From contig JAOAHY010000005.1 in NCBI GenBank assembly GCA_026414995.1, positions 18,547 to 82,546 of the forward strand: a DNA stretch of 64,000 bases, written 5' to 3'. The translations under genes and the position numbers were made by a program. This stretch comes from Caldisericia bacterium (lineage in GTDB: Bacteria > Caldisericota > Caldisericia > B22-G15). The notes beneath the pieces were generated by a model. It saw only the letters and a program-made list of their open reading frames with translations. It searched no databases and was not told where the DNA came from. Below are positions 37,712 through 48,073 of the stretch, piece after piece; positions within the stretch are counted from its first letter, which is position 1; each line of letters starts with the position of its first letter.

Positions 37712-38785
37712 TTATTTAATCTCTATCGCGTGTTCTGGGCATCTTAGATAACATTCAAAACAAGAAATACATCTTTTAATGTCAATTGAGTGATTTGATA
37801 AATCAATACATGATGTCGGACAAATTTCAGTACAAATTTCACAATCTGTGCATAAATCTTTATTTATTTGAAAAGAAGTTTTACTGAAAATAGAAGATTT
37901 TCTTTTTGTTGGTAGTTTTGCTTTTTGAATTAAAATATCAAATTTGTCTCCTTTTATTTCAATATTAGTTAATTTGTTTTCACCTAAATTTCTTAATGAT
38001 ATTGAATTAAATATTGGATTATCTTTTGGTCTTAAACCAACTAAAACAGAACCAACAGAATCTATTGATAATATGTCATTTGAAGATAAAAGGACATTTA
38101 ACTCTTTTTTGTTTCCTCTAATTTCATCACCTTCAAAAATTGAAAGTCCATCAAGGAAAACAAGCTTTATTTTTTCATTTATGATTGAAATGATCTCTGA
38201 AAGTGCCTCACCAAGTATAGTTAAATTTGCGCCATAAAAAAGAGTCTCAACTTTTGTATATGATGGGGTTAAAGATAAAATACCAATTGTTGCGCCTTCA
38301 AAAATATAAAATGGGTGAAGTTTGATTTTAGATATTGAAATTAGTGAATTTGCCCAAAAATATGATTGTGGTAAATATAATTTGCTTAAAACTCTTCTAT
38401 GGGTATGTTCTGTTCCTCTTCTTACTGGTCCTATTGTGATCTTTTTGTGTTGAACTTTAACAAAACCTTCTCTCATAAATGAAATAATTTCAACAGGATA
38501 AGATTTTAATATTGAGTATAATTTTTCATCAAGATATTCAACAACAGGAACACCAATTCTTAATTGAACTCCAAAATTTATAAGTTTTTCAATTAATTCT
38601 TTTATTAAATTCTCGTCTGGATAAGTTGAAAAAGTAGTTTTTTTATCATAAAAGCCATCAAAATAAACTAAAACTCTTTCACCTTCAAGGAATGGTTTAT
38701 CTTTAAAAATATTAAATGTTTCTTCCAAAAAATTTGAAATTGTTGATGTGATAACTTTTTTTAAAAAAACCTTTGTCTTTTCCAT
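37712..38785 (-). CDS. DUF362-domain protein with C-terminal 2x[4Fe-4S] ferredoxin domain
   Basis: C-terminal CTDCEICTEICP and CISCFECYLRCP motifs; N-terminal region of DUF362 type. Confidence 0.6.
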   Translation of the reverse strand: MEKTKVFLKKVITSTISNFLEETFNIFKDKPFLEGERVLVYFDGFYDKKTTFSTYPDENLIKELIEKLINFGVQLRIGVPVVEYLDEKLYSILKSYPVEIISFMREGFVKVQHKKITIGPVRRGTEHTHRRVLSKLYLPQSYFWANSLISISKIKLHPFYIFEGATIGILSLTPSYTKVETLFYGANLTILGEALSEIISIINEKIKLVFLDGLSIFEGDEIRGNKKELNVLLSSNDILSIDSVGSVLVGLRPKDNPIFNSISLRNLGENKLTNIEIKGDKFDILIQKAKLPTKRKSSIFSKTSFQINKDLCTDCEICTEICPTSCIDLSNHSIDIKRCISCFECYLRCPEHAIEIK

Positions 38786-38851
38786 GTTTTAATTATATAA
38801 TGTAACAAATGATTTTAAAATGAATCTATTAATTATAAAAAGGAGGAGATT

Positions 38852-39745
38852 ATGGAAAAGATAGGTTTAATAGTTGATACTGCAGGGGATATACCAAGAG
38901 AAATAGTTCAAGAATATAACATAGTAGAAGTTCCATTTTATCTTTATTTTGAAGGAGAAGAAAATTTAGTTTATAAAGAAAATGTTACTTTAAAACCAGA
39001 GGATTTCTTTAAGATAATGAGAGAAAAAAAGAAACACCCAAGAACATCACAGCCAAATATGGAAGATTATCTTAAACCAATGGAAGATCTTGTTAATCAA
39101 GGTTATAATAATATACTTGTTATGACCTTATCAGCAAAATTTAGTGGGAGTAATCAATCTGCTCAACTTGCAAAAGATGAGTTGAATAAAAAATATCCCA
39201 ATGTAAGGGTTGAAATTTTTGACACAAAATCTGCAACTCTAGGAGAAGGAATTCAACAAATAGTTGCTGCAAAAATGATAAAAAAAGGCTCTCTTTCTTT
39301 TAATGATATATTAAAAAAATTGTGGATAATAAGAGATAAAACTTTTGTATTCTTTACAGTTGAAGACCTATATTTCTTTTATCTTGGTGGAAGACTAGGT
39401 AAAGGAACTGCATTTTTAGGAAATATAATGAATTTAAAACCAATAATGCAAGTAAAAGACGGAGAAGTTGAACCACTTGAAAGGGTCAGGGGAAGAAAAA
39501 AATCTTTAATGAGAATTGCAGAATTAGCAAAAGAAAACATTAAAAGTTTGGAACATCTATATGTTGGCTCTCCTCATGCTGATTGTCTTGAAGATCAACT
39601 TTTCTTAATTGAATATTTCAGAGAGATAACAGGTTTCAAAGGGGAAATAATAACTAGAATTATGGGAACAACAATTGGTGCTCACCCAGGTCCAGGAACA
39701 ACTGGGCTTTGTTTCTTTGAAGAAAATTTAGAAGGAGTTATTTAA
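38852..39745 (+). CDS. DegV-family fatty-acid-binding protein (second copy)
   Basis: 297 aa DegV fold, C-terminal GAHPGPGTTGL; RBS AAGGAGG. Confidence 0.85.
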   Translation: MEKIGLIVDTAGDIPREIVQEYNIVEVPFYLYFEGEENLVYKENVTLKPEDFFKIMREKKKHPRTSQPNMEDYLKPMEDLVNQGYNNILVMTLSAKFSGSNQSAQLAKDELNKKYPNVRVEIFDTKSATLGEGIQQIVAAKMIKKGSLSFNDILKKLWIIRDKTFVFFTVEDLYFFYLGGRLGKGTAFLGNIMNLKPIMQVKDGEVEPLERVRGRKKSLMRIAELAKENIKSLEHLYVGSPHADCLEDQLFLIEYFREITGFKGEIITRIMGTTIGAHPGPGTTGLCFFEENLEGVI

Positions 39746-39769
39746 AAAATTTTCTTTTATAATTAATAT

Positions 39770-41155
39770 GTGAAAAAAATAATCTCACTAATTTATCAAG
39801 GTTATATTTATTCCTTTTCAAGAAAAGGAAAAGATGATATTTTATTAGAAAAATTAAAAAGGGTAAATAGAAATTACTTTACACCAAAAATTTACGAAAT
39901 TTTTGGTAATCTTTTAATTAAGAATGGTGATTTTTCTTTAGGAGAAGAAATTTTAAAAGAGGGAATAGAAAAATTTAAAAAGGGGAGAGGAATTTATAGA
40001 ACTTTATCTCAACTCTATTTAAGAAAAGGTGAGATTGATAAAGCAATAGAGGTAATAAAAAAGGCAAAGGAAAACAATAGAGAAACTTACTGGTATAATC
40101 TTGTTCTTGGAGATTTATATTATTATGAGAAGAAAGATTTAGATAGTGCTTTGAAAGAATATGAGGAACTTCTAAAAAAAGAAAATGTACCACTTAACGA
40201 AGATATTAAATCTCCCGCAAGATATCTTTTTAAAAGGTTATCTAGAATTTATTTTGAGAAAAAGGAATATGAGAAAGCAAAAGAATTTTATGAGAAATTT
40301 TATAATTTAAAGCCATCAAATTTTTATGAAAAAGATTTTTTATATTATGGTGAAACACTCTATAATTTGGGAAAAATTGATGATGCAATAAAAATATGGA
40401 AAGAAGGTATTCAAAGAAGAAGAGGAAACATAATTAAAAATGGAGTTAAAATATATGGAATCGATTTAGGAGAGGTAGAAAAAATTGAGATTAAAGATAG
40501 TGCTCTAAGAATACCTATTAAAACATCACTTATTACTGAAAGAAGTGATATTTTTGAAGAAATTAGAGAAAAAACAAAAGGAATTTTAAAAGATGGTGAC
40601 ATTATAACAATTGCATCAGCAGTTGCTGCAATTGCTGATGGAAGGGTTTTTTCTGTTGAGACAATTAATCCTTCAATATTTGCGAAAGTTTTATCTTCCT
40701 TTGTTTCAAGAAACAAAAATAATCCTTTTGCAACAACAGCTCCTCTTTCAAATCCTTATGCAATGCAAATTGCAATTGAAGAAGTAGGCCTTTTAAGAAT
40801 TTTAATTGCTTCTTTTTTTGGTTTTTTAGGTAAAATTTTTAAAAAAAGAGGTATATTTTACATTATTGCCGGAAAAATTGTAACTCAAATTGATGATATG
40901 CCTGCTTCAATGCCTCCATATGATTATTATGTGATTTCTGGAGTTCATGACTCTAAAAAATTTTTAAATAAAGTTAAAGAAATTACAGGATGCGAAGCTT
41001 GTATTGTTGATGCAAATGATCTTGGAATTGCATGGGTTGTTGATTCAACAGATGGAGTTGATAAAAATTATGTTGAGAAAGTTTTATCTGATAATCCTCA
41101 AGGAAATGAAGATTTTCAAACACCAATTGTTATAATCAGAAAGAATATTGAGTAA
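39770..41155 (+). CDS. TPR-repeat protein fused to a C-terminal CofE-like (F420-0:gamma-glutamyl ligase-type, PF01996-like) domain
   Basis: N-terminal TPR-like repeats. C-terminal DGDIITIASAVAAIADGRV ... IVDANDLG resembles CofE family motifs. GTG start without a clear SD. Confidence 0.45.
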   Translation: MKKIISLIYQGYIYSFSRKGKDDILLEKLKRVNRNYFTPKIYEIFGNLLIKNGDFSLGEEILKEGIEKFKKGRGIYRTLSQLYLRKGEIDKAIEVIKKAKENNRETYWYNLVLGDLYYYEKKDLDSALKEYEELLKKENVPLNEDIKSPARYLFKRLSRIYFEKKEYEKAKEFYEKFYNLKPSNFYEKDFLYYGETLYNLGKIDDAIKIWKEGIQRRRGNIIKNGVKIYGIDLGEVEKIEIKDSALRIPIKTSLITERSDIFEEIREKTKGILKDGDIITIASAVAAIADGRVFSVETINPSIFAKVLSSFVSRNKNNPFATTAPLSNPYAMQIAIEEVGLLRILIASFFGFLGKIFKKRGIFYIIAGKIVTQIDDMPASMPPYDYYVISGVHDSKKFLNKVKEITGCEACIVDANDLGIAWVVDSTDGVDKNYVEKVLSDNPQGNEDFQTPIVIIRKNIE

Positions 41156-41771
41156 TTCTATCTTTTACAATTTCAAATATTTCATTTGATAGACTAATTT
41201 TATCTTTTTCTCCATCAAATATAACATATCTATTTTTATAAATCTTTGATAAAATTAGATATCCATTTCTAACTCTATCTAAATAATCAATTCCCTTTTT
41301 TTCTATTCTATCAGGATCTCTAACTCTTTTTATTGAAGTTGTAGGTGAAACATCAAGTAGTATTGTTAAATCAGGTTCAAGAATTGTTATTTCTCTATGT
41401 ATTCTTTCAATAAAATTTATTGAAAGCCCCCCACCATATCCTTGATATGCAATTGAAGAATCCTTAAATCTCTCAGAAATTACTACTTTTCCTTTGCTTA
41501 ACTCTTTTATTATTTCTTTTACATGAGCACTTCTATCTGAAGCAAAAAGAAGAAATTCTGTTAATGTATCTATTTCTCCATTAAATTTTAAAAGAATTTC
41601 TCTTACCATTTTACCAATCTCTGTTCCACCTGGTTCTTTTGTCCAATAAACTTCAATTCCTAAAGAGTTTAGATTTTCCACAAGAAGGCGGGCTTGTGTT
41701 GATTTACCACAACCATCAATTCCTTCAAATGTTATAAAAAAACCACCTATTTTGGAAAGATAATTACGCAT
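41136..41771 (-). CDS. tmk: Thymidylate kinase
   Basis: FITFEGIDGCGKSTQ P-loop, DRY-like motif region, 211 aa. Confidence 0.85.
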   Translation of the reverse strand: MRNYLSKIGGFFITFEGIDGCGKSTQARLLVENLNSLGIEVYWTKEPGGTEIGKMVREILLKFNGEIDTLTEFLLFASDRSAHVKEIIKELSKGKVVISERFKDSSIAYQGYGGGLSINFIERIHREITILEPDLTILLDVSPTTSIKRVRDPDRIEKKGIDYLDRVRNGYLILSKIYKNRYVIFDGEKDKISLSNEIFEIVKDRITQYSF

Positions 41772-43240
41772 CTAAAAGGCTCCTCTCCTTGACTTTCAGA
41801 TTTCAAACCAAACTCTCTAATTATTTTATGTTGAATTTTTCTAATGTGGCTTGGTGCTGGATATAATGGATATGGTTTTCCAGTAGATAAAACTTCTTTT
41901 ACACCTTCTTCAATTTCTTTAAGATAATCTCTTTTTTTATCAATAAAAGCATTTCTTAATTCAAGACAAACTTTCCTTATGTTCGATTTAGTATTTGATT
42001 TTACTTTAAAAACTTCAACTCCTCTTTTTTTTGCTTCATTTAAAATTCTTCCACTTTTTTTCTCTTGAGTTTTGGCAATTATTAAAACTTCAGCATCTTC
42101 AATTGAATCAACAAATTCCCAATCAAGACCAACTGACCTTAAACCTTGTTCTAAGAAATCTCTTGATACTCCATATGTAAATATTCTTAATGGAGTATAA
42201 GTTGGTAATTTTTCTGCTTCACTTTCCTTTTTAATTTCAAATTTTCCATTAACTGTTCTTCTTCTGATTTCAGGGTTTAAAGGATATCCTCTTAAATATT
42301 TATCAACAACTTCAGCAACATCATAATAGACTGAAAGTGTATCTCTATCTCTTATTTCAATCAAAATGTCGAATGATGGAGGAGAAGATCTTTCTAAAAC
42401 AGTTTTTTGAGTTCCTCTTCTTTGTGCTTCTTCGTCTCCTAAAATAACAGTGGTTATTCCACCAAGTAAATCAGAGAGAACAGGATTTATTAATAAATTA
42501 TCAAGTGTGTTTCCATGTGCTGTTGCAATTAATTGCACTCCTCTTTCTGCAATTGTTCTACATGCTTCTGCTTCATCTTTTCTTCCTATTTCGTCAATTA
42601 TAATTACCTCGGGATTGTGATTTTCAACTGCTTCAATCATAACATCAGCTTGGCTTCTTCCATATGGAACTTGCATTCTTCTAGCAGAACCAATTGCTGG
42701 ATGAGGGATATCACCATCTCCTCCTATTTCATTAGAAGTATCAACTACAACCACTCTTTTTCCTAACTCCTCTGATAAAACTCTCGCTGCTTCTCTTAAA
42801 AGAGTTGTTTTGCCAACACCAGGTCTACCAAGGAGAAGAATGCTTTTTCCTGTTTCAAAAAGATCTCTAACAATATCTATAGTTCCATAAACTGCTCTTC
42901 CAACTCTTAAAGTTAATCCAACAATATTTCCCATTCTATTCTTAATACATGAAATTCTATGAAGGGTTCTCTCAATACCAGCTCTGTTATCTCTATCAAA
43001 ATCACCAATTCTATTTTTTACATATTCAATATCTTCTCTTGTAATTATTTCATTTGAAAGATAAACTTTACCATCTATAAATCTTGCCTCAGGTTTTCTT
43101 CCAAGATCAAGAACAACTTCAATTAAATCATCCCATCTATCAAGTTTTTTAAGTTCATTTTTAACAAAAGGAGGCAAAACTGAAAAAAATGCCTCCATTT
43201 CATATTCTTTTAATTTATAAAGTTCTGTCTCTTTTAACAT
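41747..43240 (-). CDS. R3H-domain AAA-type ATPase (SpoIIIAA/Ycf45-like)
   Basis: LLGRPGVGKTTLLRE Walker A, DEIG Walker B, C-terminal R3H motif (HIRKIQHKIIREFGL...). Confidence 0.6.
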   Translation of the reverse strand: MLKETELYKLKEYEMEAFFSVLPPFVKNELKKLDRWDDLIEVVLDLGRKPEARFIDGKVYLSNEIITREDIEYVKNRIGDFDRDNRAGIERTLHRISCIKNRMGNIVGLTLRVGRAVYGTIDIVRDLFETGKSILLLGRPGVGKTTLLREAARVLSEELGKRVVVVDTSNEIGGDGDIPHPAIGSARRMQVPYGRSQADVMIEAVENHNPEVIIIDEIGRKDEAEACRTIAERGVQLIATAHGNTLDNLLINPVLSDLLGGITTVILGDEEAQRRGTQKTVLERSSPPSFDILIEIRDRDTLSVYYDVAEVVDKYLRGYPLNPEIRRRTVNGKFEIKKESEAEKLPTYTPLRIFTYGVSRDFLEQGLRSVGLDWEFVDSIEDAEVLIIAKTQEKKSGRILNEAKKRGVEVFKVKSNTKSNIRKVCLELRNAFIDKKRDYLKEIEEGVKEVLSTGKPYPLYPAPSHIRKIQHKIIREFGLKSESQGEEPFRCVIIFPK

Positions 43241-43850
43241 AACGCTTTGCCTCCCAAAAATAGTTTTCTATCTCAGAAATATATTTATCTAAATTAAGAA
43301 ACATATTATAAATATCTATATTTGTTGTATCAAATCTATAAACAGGTGATAAGTTATAATTTTTTATCCAATCTTCATATGCTTTTTCAAGTTTCTTAAG
43401 ATATCCTCTTTTAATATTTTTTTCATAATCTCTTCCTCTCATCTCTATTCTTTTAAGCAATATATCAACTGGTGCATACATATATATAAGTAAATTTGGA
43501 TTTGGAAAATTCCTTTTAACAAGATTATAAATTTCTTTATACAAATTATATTCCTCCTTTGAAAGAAGAAGTTTTGCAAAAATCTCTGCATCTTCATAAA
43601 TTGTTCTATCTATTATAATAGAATCTTCTCTTTTTTCAATCTCTTCAAAAATTTTTAACCTTTGAACAAGAAAAAACAGTTGAGAGTGAAGCGCCCATCT
43701 TTTTGGGTCAGAATAAAAATCTTTTAGAAAAGGGTTTTTGTCTTGTGGTTCAGAGAGTATTACAAATCCCCACTTTTTTGCTAAAATCTTTGCAAGTGTT
43801 GATTTTCCCACCCCTATATTTCCACATATTGCAACTATAAATTTTCCCAT
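43215..43850 (-). CDS. Deoxynucleoside kinase (dCK/dGK family)
   Basis: ICGNIGVGKSTLAKIL P-loop, EPQDKNPFL ... ALHSQLFFL dNK motifs. Confidence 0.75.
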   Translation of the reverse strand: MGKFIVAICGNIGVGKSTLAKILAKKWGFVILSEPQDKNPFLKDFYSDPKRWALHSQLFFLVQRLKIFEEIEKREDSIIIDRTIYEDAEIFAKLLLSKEEYNLYKEIYNLVKRNFPNPNLLIYMYAPVDILLKRIEMRGRDYEKNIKRGYLKKLEKAYEDWIKNYNLSPVYRFDTTNIDIYNMFLNLDKYISEIENYFWEAKRYVKRDRTL

Positions 43851-43887
43851 GTATTAATTTTATCATTTTATTAAAATGGTTTTTTAA

Positions 43888-44397
43888 TTAATATTTTTCA
43901 AAAGAAATTATATCTTCAAGTTTTTTTCTTCTCTTTTCAGGAATTTTATCTTGAAGAGGATATCCAAGTGTCATTAGTGCTGCAACTCTTATATTATCAG
44001 GTATTTCGAGCACTTCTTTTACTAATTTCTCATCAAAATCACCAATCCAACAGGTTCCAAGACCAAGATGTGTTGCTTGAAGAGCAATGTGTTCCATTGC
44101 AATTCCAATATCTAAAATTGAACTGTCATACCACCCTCCCATTTTAAAACTTGGTTCAGTGACACAACCAACAATTAAAACTGGTGCATCTTTTATAAAT
44201 TTAGCCCATGTTGTCGGCTCTCCAATTTTTCTTCTTTTTTCAGGATCTCTTACAACAATAAATTTCCATGGCTGTTTGTTATTAGCTGATGGAGCTAAAC
44301 GAGCTGCTTCAAGACATTCAAGTATTAATTCTTGTGGAACATCTTTACTTTGATATTTTCTCACACTATACCTTTCTAAAATCTCTTTTAAAATCAT
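43888..44397 (-). CDS. Nitroreductase-family protein
   Basis: 169 aa, RKYQSK ... APSANNKQPW motif typical of the NADH oxidase/nitroreductase fold. Confidence 0.75.
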   Translation of the reverse strand: MILKEILERYSVRKYQSKDVPQELILECLEAARLAPSANNKQPWKFIVVRDPEKRRKIGEPTTWAKFIKDAPVLIVGCVTEPSFKMGGWYDSSILDIGIAMEHIALQATHLGLGTCWIGDFDEKLVKEVLEIPDNIRVAALMTLGYPLQDKIPEKRRKKLEDIISFEKY

Positions 44398-44401
44398 AAA
44401 T

Positions 44402-44956
44402 TCACTCCTTTAATAAAAATTCTATTGAATTTTTTAAATCATTTTCAAGTGTTGTAGATAGACCTGTTATTGTTAGTGCTATTTTGCCTTCTTTATCAAT
44501 TAAAAAAAATTTTGGAATTCCACTGACACCATATTTTTGTGCAATATTAAAGCCTTTTATTGTTATTGGGTATTCAATTTTACTTTTCTTGATATAATCA
44601 ATAACTTTATCAAAATCACTTTCATCATCAAGATTCATACCAATTACAACAAAACCTCTATCTTTATATTTATTGTATAAAGAAACAATAATAGGAGTTG
44701 ATTTTTTACATGGACCACACCACTCAGCCCAAAAATCAAGCAAAACTACTTTACCTTTAAATTCATTTAAAGTTAAATAACCGCCATCAATAGTTGATAA
44801 ACCAAAGTTATGTGCTACTTCTCTTTTTTCTTTCACTATAAAATCATTAGGAAGATTTGAAGTTGAAACATTTGAATTATCAACTTTTTTTGAGCATGAA
44901 GATAAAGAAATAAAAAAAATTAATATTATTAATATAAAAATTGAAAAAAATTTCAT
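44402..44956 (-). CDS. Thioredoxin-fold thiol-disulfide oxidoreductase lipoprotein (TlpA/ResA-like)
   Basis: Signal peptide with LSSC lipobox; WAEWCGPCKK active site. Confidence 0.75.
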   Translation of the reverse strand: MKFFSIFILIILIFFISLSSCSKKVDNSNVSTSNLPNDFIVKEKREVAHNFGLSTIDGGYLTLNEFKGKVVLLDFWAEWCGPCKKSTPIIVSLYNKYKDRGFVVIGMNLDDESDFDKVIDYIKKSKIEYPITIKGFNIAQKYGVSGIPKFFLIDKEGKIALTITGLSTTLENDLKNSIEFLLKE

Positions 44957-45987
44957 TTCTTTTTCTTCACCTCTTTTCTTTTTGAAAGTATACTTTTAGC
45001 CCATTTTTTTGACTTAAAGAAAACATACCAAAATGGAATTATTATTGCAGATATATACAAAGCACCAGTTATTATATTTAAAACTCTTAAGGGTGTTTGG
45101 GAAATATTTATTTTATTTAATATAGGTAAAAGAAATCTTAAATCAACTGTGTGTTCAAGAATTATTCCTATCAAAATTAAAATAAGTCCATATAAAGAAT
45201 ATGGAATTGTCTCATTTATTTTTGATACAAAATATTGTGTAGGTCTTATATCTTTATAAACTTTTAACTCATTTGTGATTAAAGAAAAGAAATGATTACC
45301 AATTGAAAAAAGGTAAACTATTACAACAATTAAAAGAGGACCTCTAAATGAAAATAGTTTAACTTCATTATAAATTGGTCTTACTATAAAGAATAAAAGA
45401 ATAAGATTTGGAAGAAGATTAAATATTATAAATGTGATAATTTTTAATGTTAAAGGTTTTAACTTTGGAAATTTATCTTTTAAAATTCTGTAAATAAAAG
45501 TTGTAAAAGAGAGTAGGATTGTTAATCCAAGAGCAAGAGATAAGAAAAATCCAAAAGAGACAAGAAGTGTATGTGGTATAGAGGATAAGAAGAGAGCAAA
45601 ACCTTTATACTCACCTTTTGGAATATTTAAAACTGATATTGTTCCAGTTCTTAAAAATATAAATGATAAATAATTTATATATTCAATTAAAAGAAAGACA
45701 AGAAAAATTAAAGGAAATCCTATCCATGATAGAAATATATTTCCAAAATAAAATATAACTCCAATTAAAAGTGAGAAAATTAAATATAAAATAGGTGAGG
45801 TTATTTGAGAGAGGAAATTTTGATATAGATTTTTTAAGTTTAAATTTAAAAAGAGATCAAGATTTGGATTAAGTGTAGGAGCAATAAATGAAATTACTAG
45901 TAAAAAAATAATAAAATTAACTACAAATAAAAAGTTGTGAGAATCGCGATTTACTTTAAGAATGAACTCCTCTAATCTTTTCTTCAT
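44953..45987 (-). CDS. Polytopic membrane protein (hypothetical; no Cys, so not CcdA)
   Basis: 344 aa, many TM segments, coupled to the downstream thioredoxin-like gene. Confidence 0.4.
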   Translation of the reverse strand: MKKRLEEFILKVNRDSHNFLFVVNFIIFLLVISFIAPTLNPNLDLFLNLNLKNLYQNFLSQITSPILYLIFSLLIGVIFYFGNIFLSWIGFPLIFLVFLLIEYINYLSFIFLRTGTISVLNIPKGEYKGFALFLSSIPHTLLVSFGFFLSLALGLTILLSFTTFIYRILKDKFPKLKPLTLKIITFIIFNLLPNLILLFFIVRPIYNEVKLFSFRGPLLIVVIVYLFSIGNHFFSLITNELKVYKDIRPTQYFVSKINETIPYSLYGLILILIGIILEHTVDLRFLLPILNKINISQTPLRVLNIITGALYISAIIIPFWYVFFKSKKWAKSILSKRKEVKKKK

Positions 45988-46047
45988 TATTCACTCCTCC
46001 TTGAGTTTCAAGCATTATAATTAAAATTATACCACTTTTATTGTATA

Positions 46048-46605
46048 ATGGAAAAAATGAGAGCTTTTCTTGCTTTACCAATTGATAATGAAACAAAAAA
46101 AGAGATAAATATATTAATTGAAAAATTTAAAAAAGAGATTAAAGGGAAAGTCAAGTGGGTTGAAGAAGAAAATCTACACTTCACAATTTTTTTCTTTGGC
46201 GAAATAGATAATAATAAAGCACAAAAAATAATAAACACAGTTGATATTTATAAAACGAAATTTAGTAAATTTAAAGTAGAAATTAAAAAAATTTCTTTTT
46301 TTCCAAATGAAAAAAGCCCTAGAGTAATTTTTTTAGATATAACACAAGGAACAGATGAAATGAAAAAAATATATGAAATACTTTTTCCAGATTTAAACAA
46401 AATATTACATTTAAAGAAAGAAAATTTTGTTCCTCATCTAACAATTGGAAGGGTAAAAGATATCCTTTTTGAAGAAGATATTAAAAAACTTTTAAATGAA
46501 AAAATTGAAATAAACCCTTTTTATTTAAATAAAATAACTCTTTTTGAATCAAAATTAACACCAGAGGGGCCAATTTATAAATCAATCAAAGATTTTCTAT
46601 TCTAA
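46048..46605 (+). CDS. thpR: RNA 2',3'-cyclic phosphodiesterase (2H phosphoesterase, LigT/ThpR)
   Basis: Two H-x-T/S-x motifs: HFTIFFFG and HLTIGR; 185 aa. Confidence 0.8.
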   Translation: MEKMRAFLALPIDNETKKEINILIEKFKKEIKGKVKWVEEENLHFTIFFFGEIDNNKAQKIINTVDIYKTKFSKFKVEIKKISFFPNEKSPRVIFLDITQGTDEMKKIYEILFPDLNKILHLKKENFVPHLTIGRVKDILFEEDIKKLLNEKIEINPFYLNKITLFESKLTPEGPIYKSIKDFLF

Positions 46606-46618
46606 TCTGGAGGTACAT

Positions 46619-47167
46619 ATGAAAGTTTTAAAAGAAGAAAGTTTTAACGAAAAAACAATTCAAGTTGTTATGGGTGATATAACAGAAGAGGAAACAGATG
46701 CAATTGTAAATGCTGCAAATAGACATCTATCTCATGGAGGAGGGGTTGCAGGTGCAATTGTAAAAAAAGGTGGATTAGTTATTCAAGAAGAAAGTAATAA
46801 AATAATTGAAGCAAGAGGGCCACTTAAAACAGGTGAAGCAGTAATAACAACTGCAGGAAACTTGCCATGTAAATATGTAATTCACACTGTTGGACCAGTT
46901 TGGGGAGAAGGAGACGAAGAGGAGAAATTAAAGAAAGCAATTGAATCTGCACTCCAAGTTGCAACAGAAAATTTAATTAGTTCAATATCAATTCCAGCAA
47001 TAAGTTGTGGAATATTTGGATTTCCAAAAAAGAGAGGCACAGAAATAATTTATAAAACTGTTAAAGATTATTTAAAAAAAAGACAAACAACTATAAAACT
47101 TGTGCGTCTTATTGGAATTGGTGATGAAATTCCTAACCTATTTAAAGAGGCAATGGAAGAAGGTTAA
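46619..47167 (+). CDS. Macro-domain protein (ADP-ribose/Appr-1''-p binding or processing)
   Basis: VVMGDITEEETDAIVNAAN ... GGGVAGAI ... GIFGFP macro-domain motifs; RBS GGAGG. Confidence 0.85.
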   Translation: MKVLKEESFNEKTIQVVMGDITEEETDAIVNAANRHLSHGGGVAGAIVKKGGLVIQEESNKIIEARGPLKTGEAVITTAGNLPCKYVIHTVGPVWGEGDEEEKLKKAIESALQVATENLISSISIPAISCGIFGFPKKRGTEIIYKTVKDYLKKRQTTIKLVRLIGIGDEIPNLFKEAMEEG

Positions 47168-47170
47168 ATA

Positions 47171-48067
47171 TTAATGTTTCTTTTTTATTAAATCTTTTTC
47201 ACAACACCCATTATATTCAATTTGTATAGTTGAATGATTAATGTTAAATTTATCTTTTAAAATAAATTCTATCTTTTCTCTAATTTCATCTCCTTTGCTA
47301 ATAGGATAATCTTTTTTAAGTTTTATATGACCTTCAAAAAGATAGTTTTTATCATCTAATTGCCATATATGAACATGGTGAAGGTTTGAAACCCCCTCAA
47401 TTTTTTCTAATTCAATTTTTAATTTATCAAAATCGAAACCATAAGGAGAAGCCTCAAGAAGAATTTTTATTGATTTTTTAAAAATTTCAAAACCCTCTTT
47501 TATAATATAAAAAACAATTAAAAATGTTAATATTGGATCAATCCAATAAATTTTAAACAACATCATTAAAACTCCACCAACAATAACAGCAACAGAAGAT
47601 AATGTATCCATTAAAAGATGAAGATATGAAGATTTTATATTTAAATTTTCTTTTGAAAAACTCTTTAAAAGTATTACTGAAACTCCATTTAAAATAAAAC
47701 CAATAATTGCAATCATTAACATTAAATTTAAATTTATTATTTGAGGCTTAAAAATTCTTGAAAAGGCTTCTTTTATTAAAAAAAATGAAATAAAAAAAAG
47801 AAAAATCGAGTTTATGAGAGAAGCTAGAATTTCTGCTCTTTTACCTCCAAATGTAAATTCATAAGAGTTTTCTTTTTTCGAAAACCTTATTGCAATAAGA
47901 GAAATAATTATTGATAAAGTATCTGATAAATTATGAAATGAATCTGAGAGAAGTGATAAACTTTTTGAAAAAATTCCTCCTAAAAATTCAGAAATAAAAA
48001 TAAATAAATTTAAACTTATAACGATTAATAAATTTCTCTCTTTTAAATCTCTATGTTGTTCAGACAT
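47171..48067 (-). CDS. Cation diffusion facilitator family transporter (CzcD/ZitB-like)
   Basis: SDSFHNLSDTLS (TM2 HxxxD) and HLLMDTLSS (TM5 HxxxD), C-terminal cytoplasmic domain; 298 aa. Confidence 0.8.
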   Translation of the reverse strand: MSEQHRDLKERNLLIVISLNLFIFISEFLGGIFSKSLSLLSDSFHNLSDTLSIIISLIAIRFSKKENSYEFTFGGKRAEILASLINSIFLFFISFFLIKEAFSRIFKPQIINLNLMLMIAIIGFILNGVSVILLKSFSKENLNIKSSYLHLLMDTLSSVAVIVGGVLMMLFKIYWIDPILTFLIVFYIIKEGFEIFKKSIKILLEASPYGFDFDKLKIELEKIEGVSNLHHVHIWQLDDKNYLFEGHIKLKKDYPISKGDEIREKIEFILKDKFNINHSTIQIEYNGCCEKDLIKKKH

Positions 48068-48073
48068 AACTAT

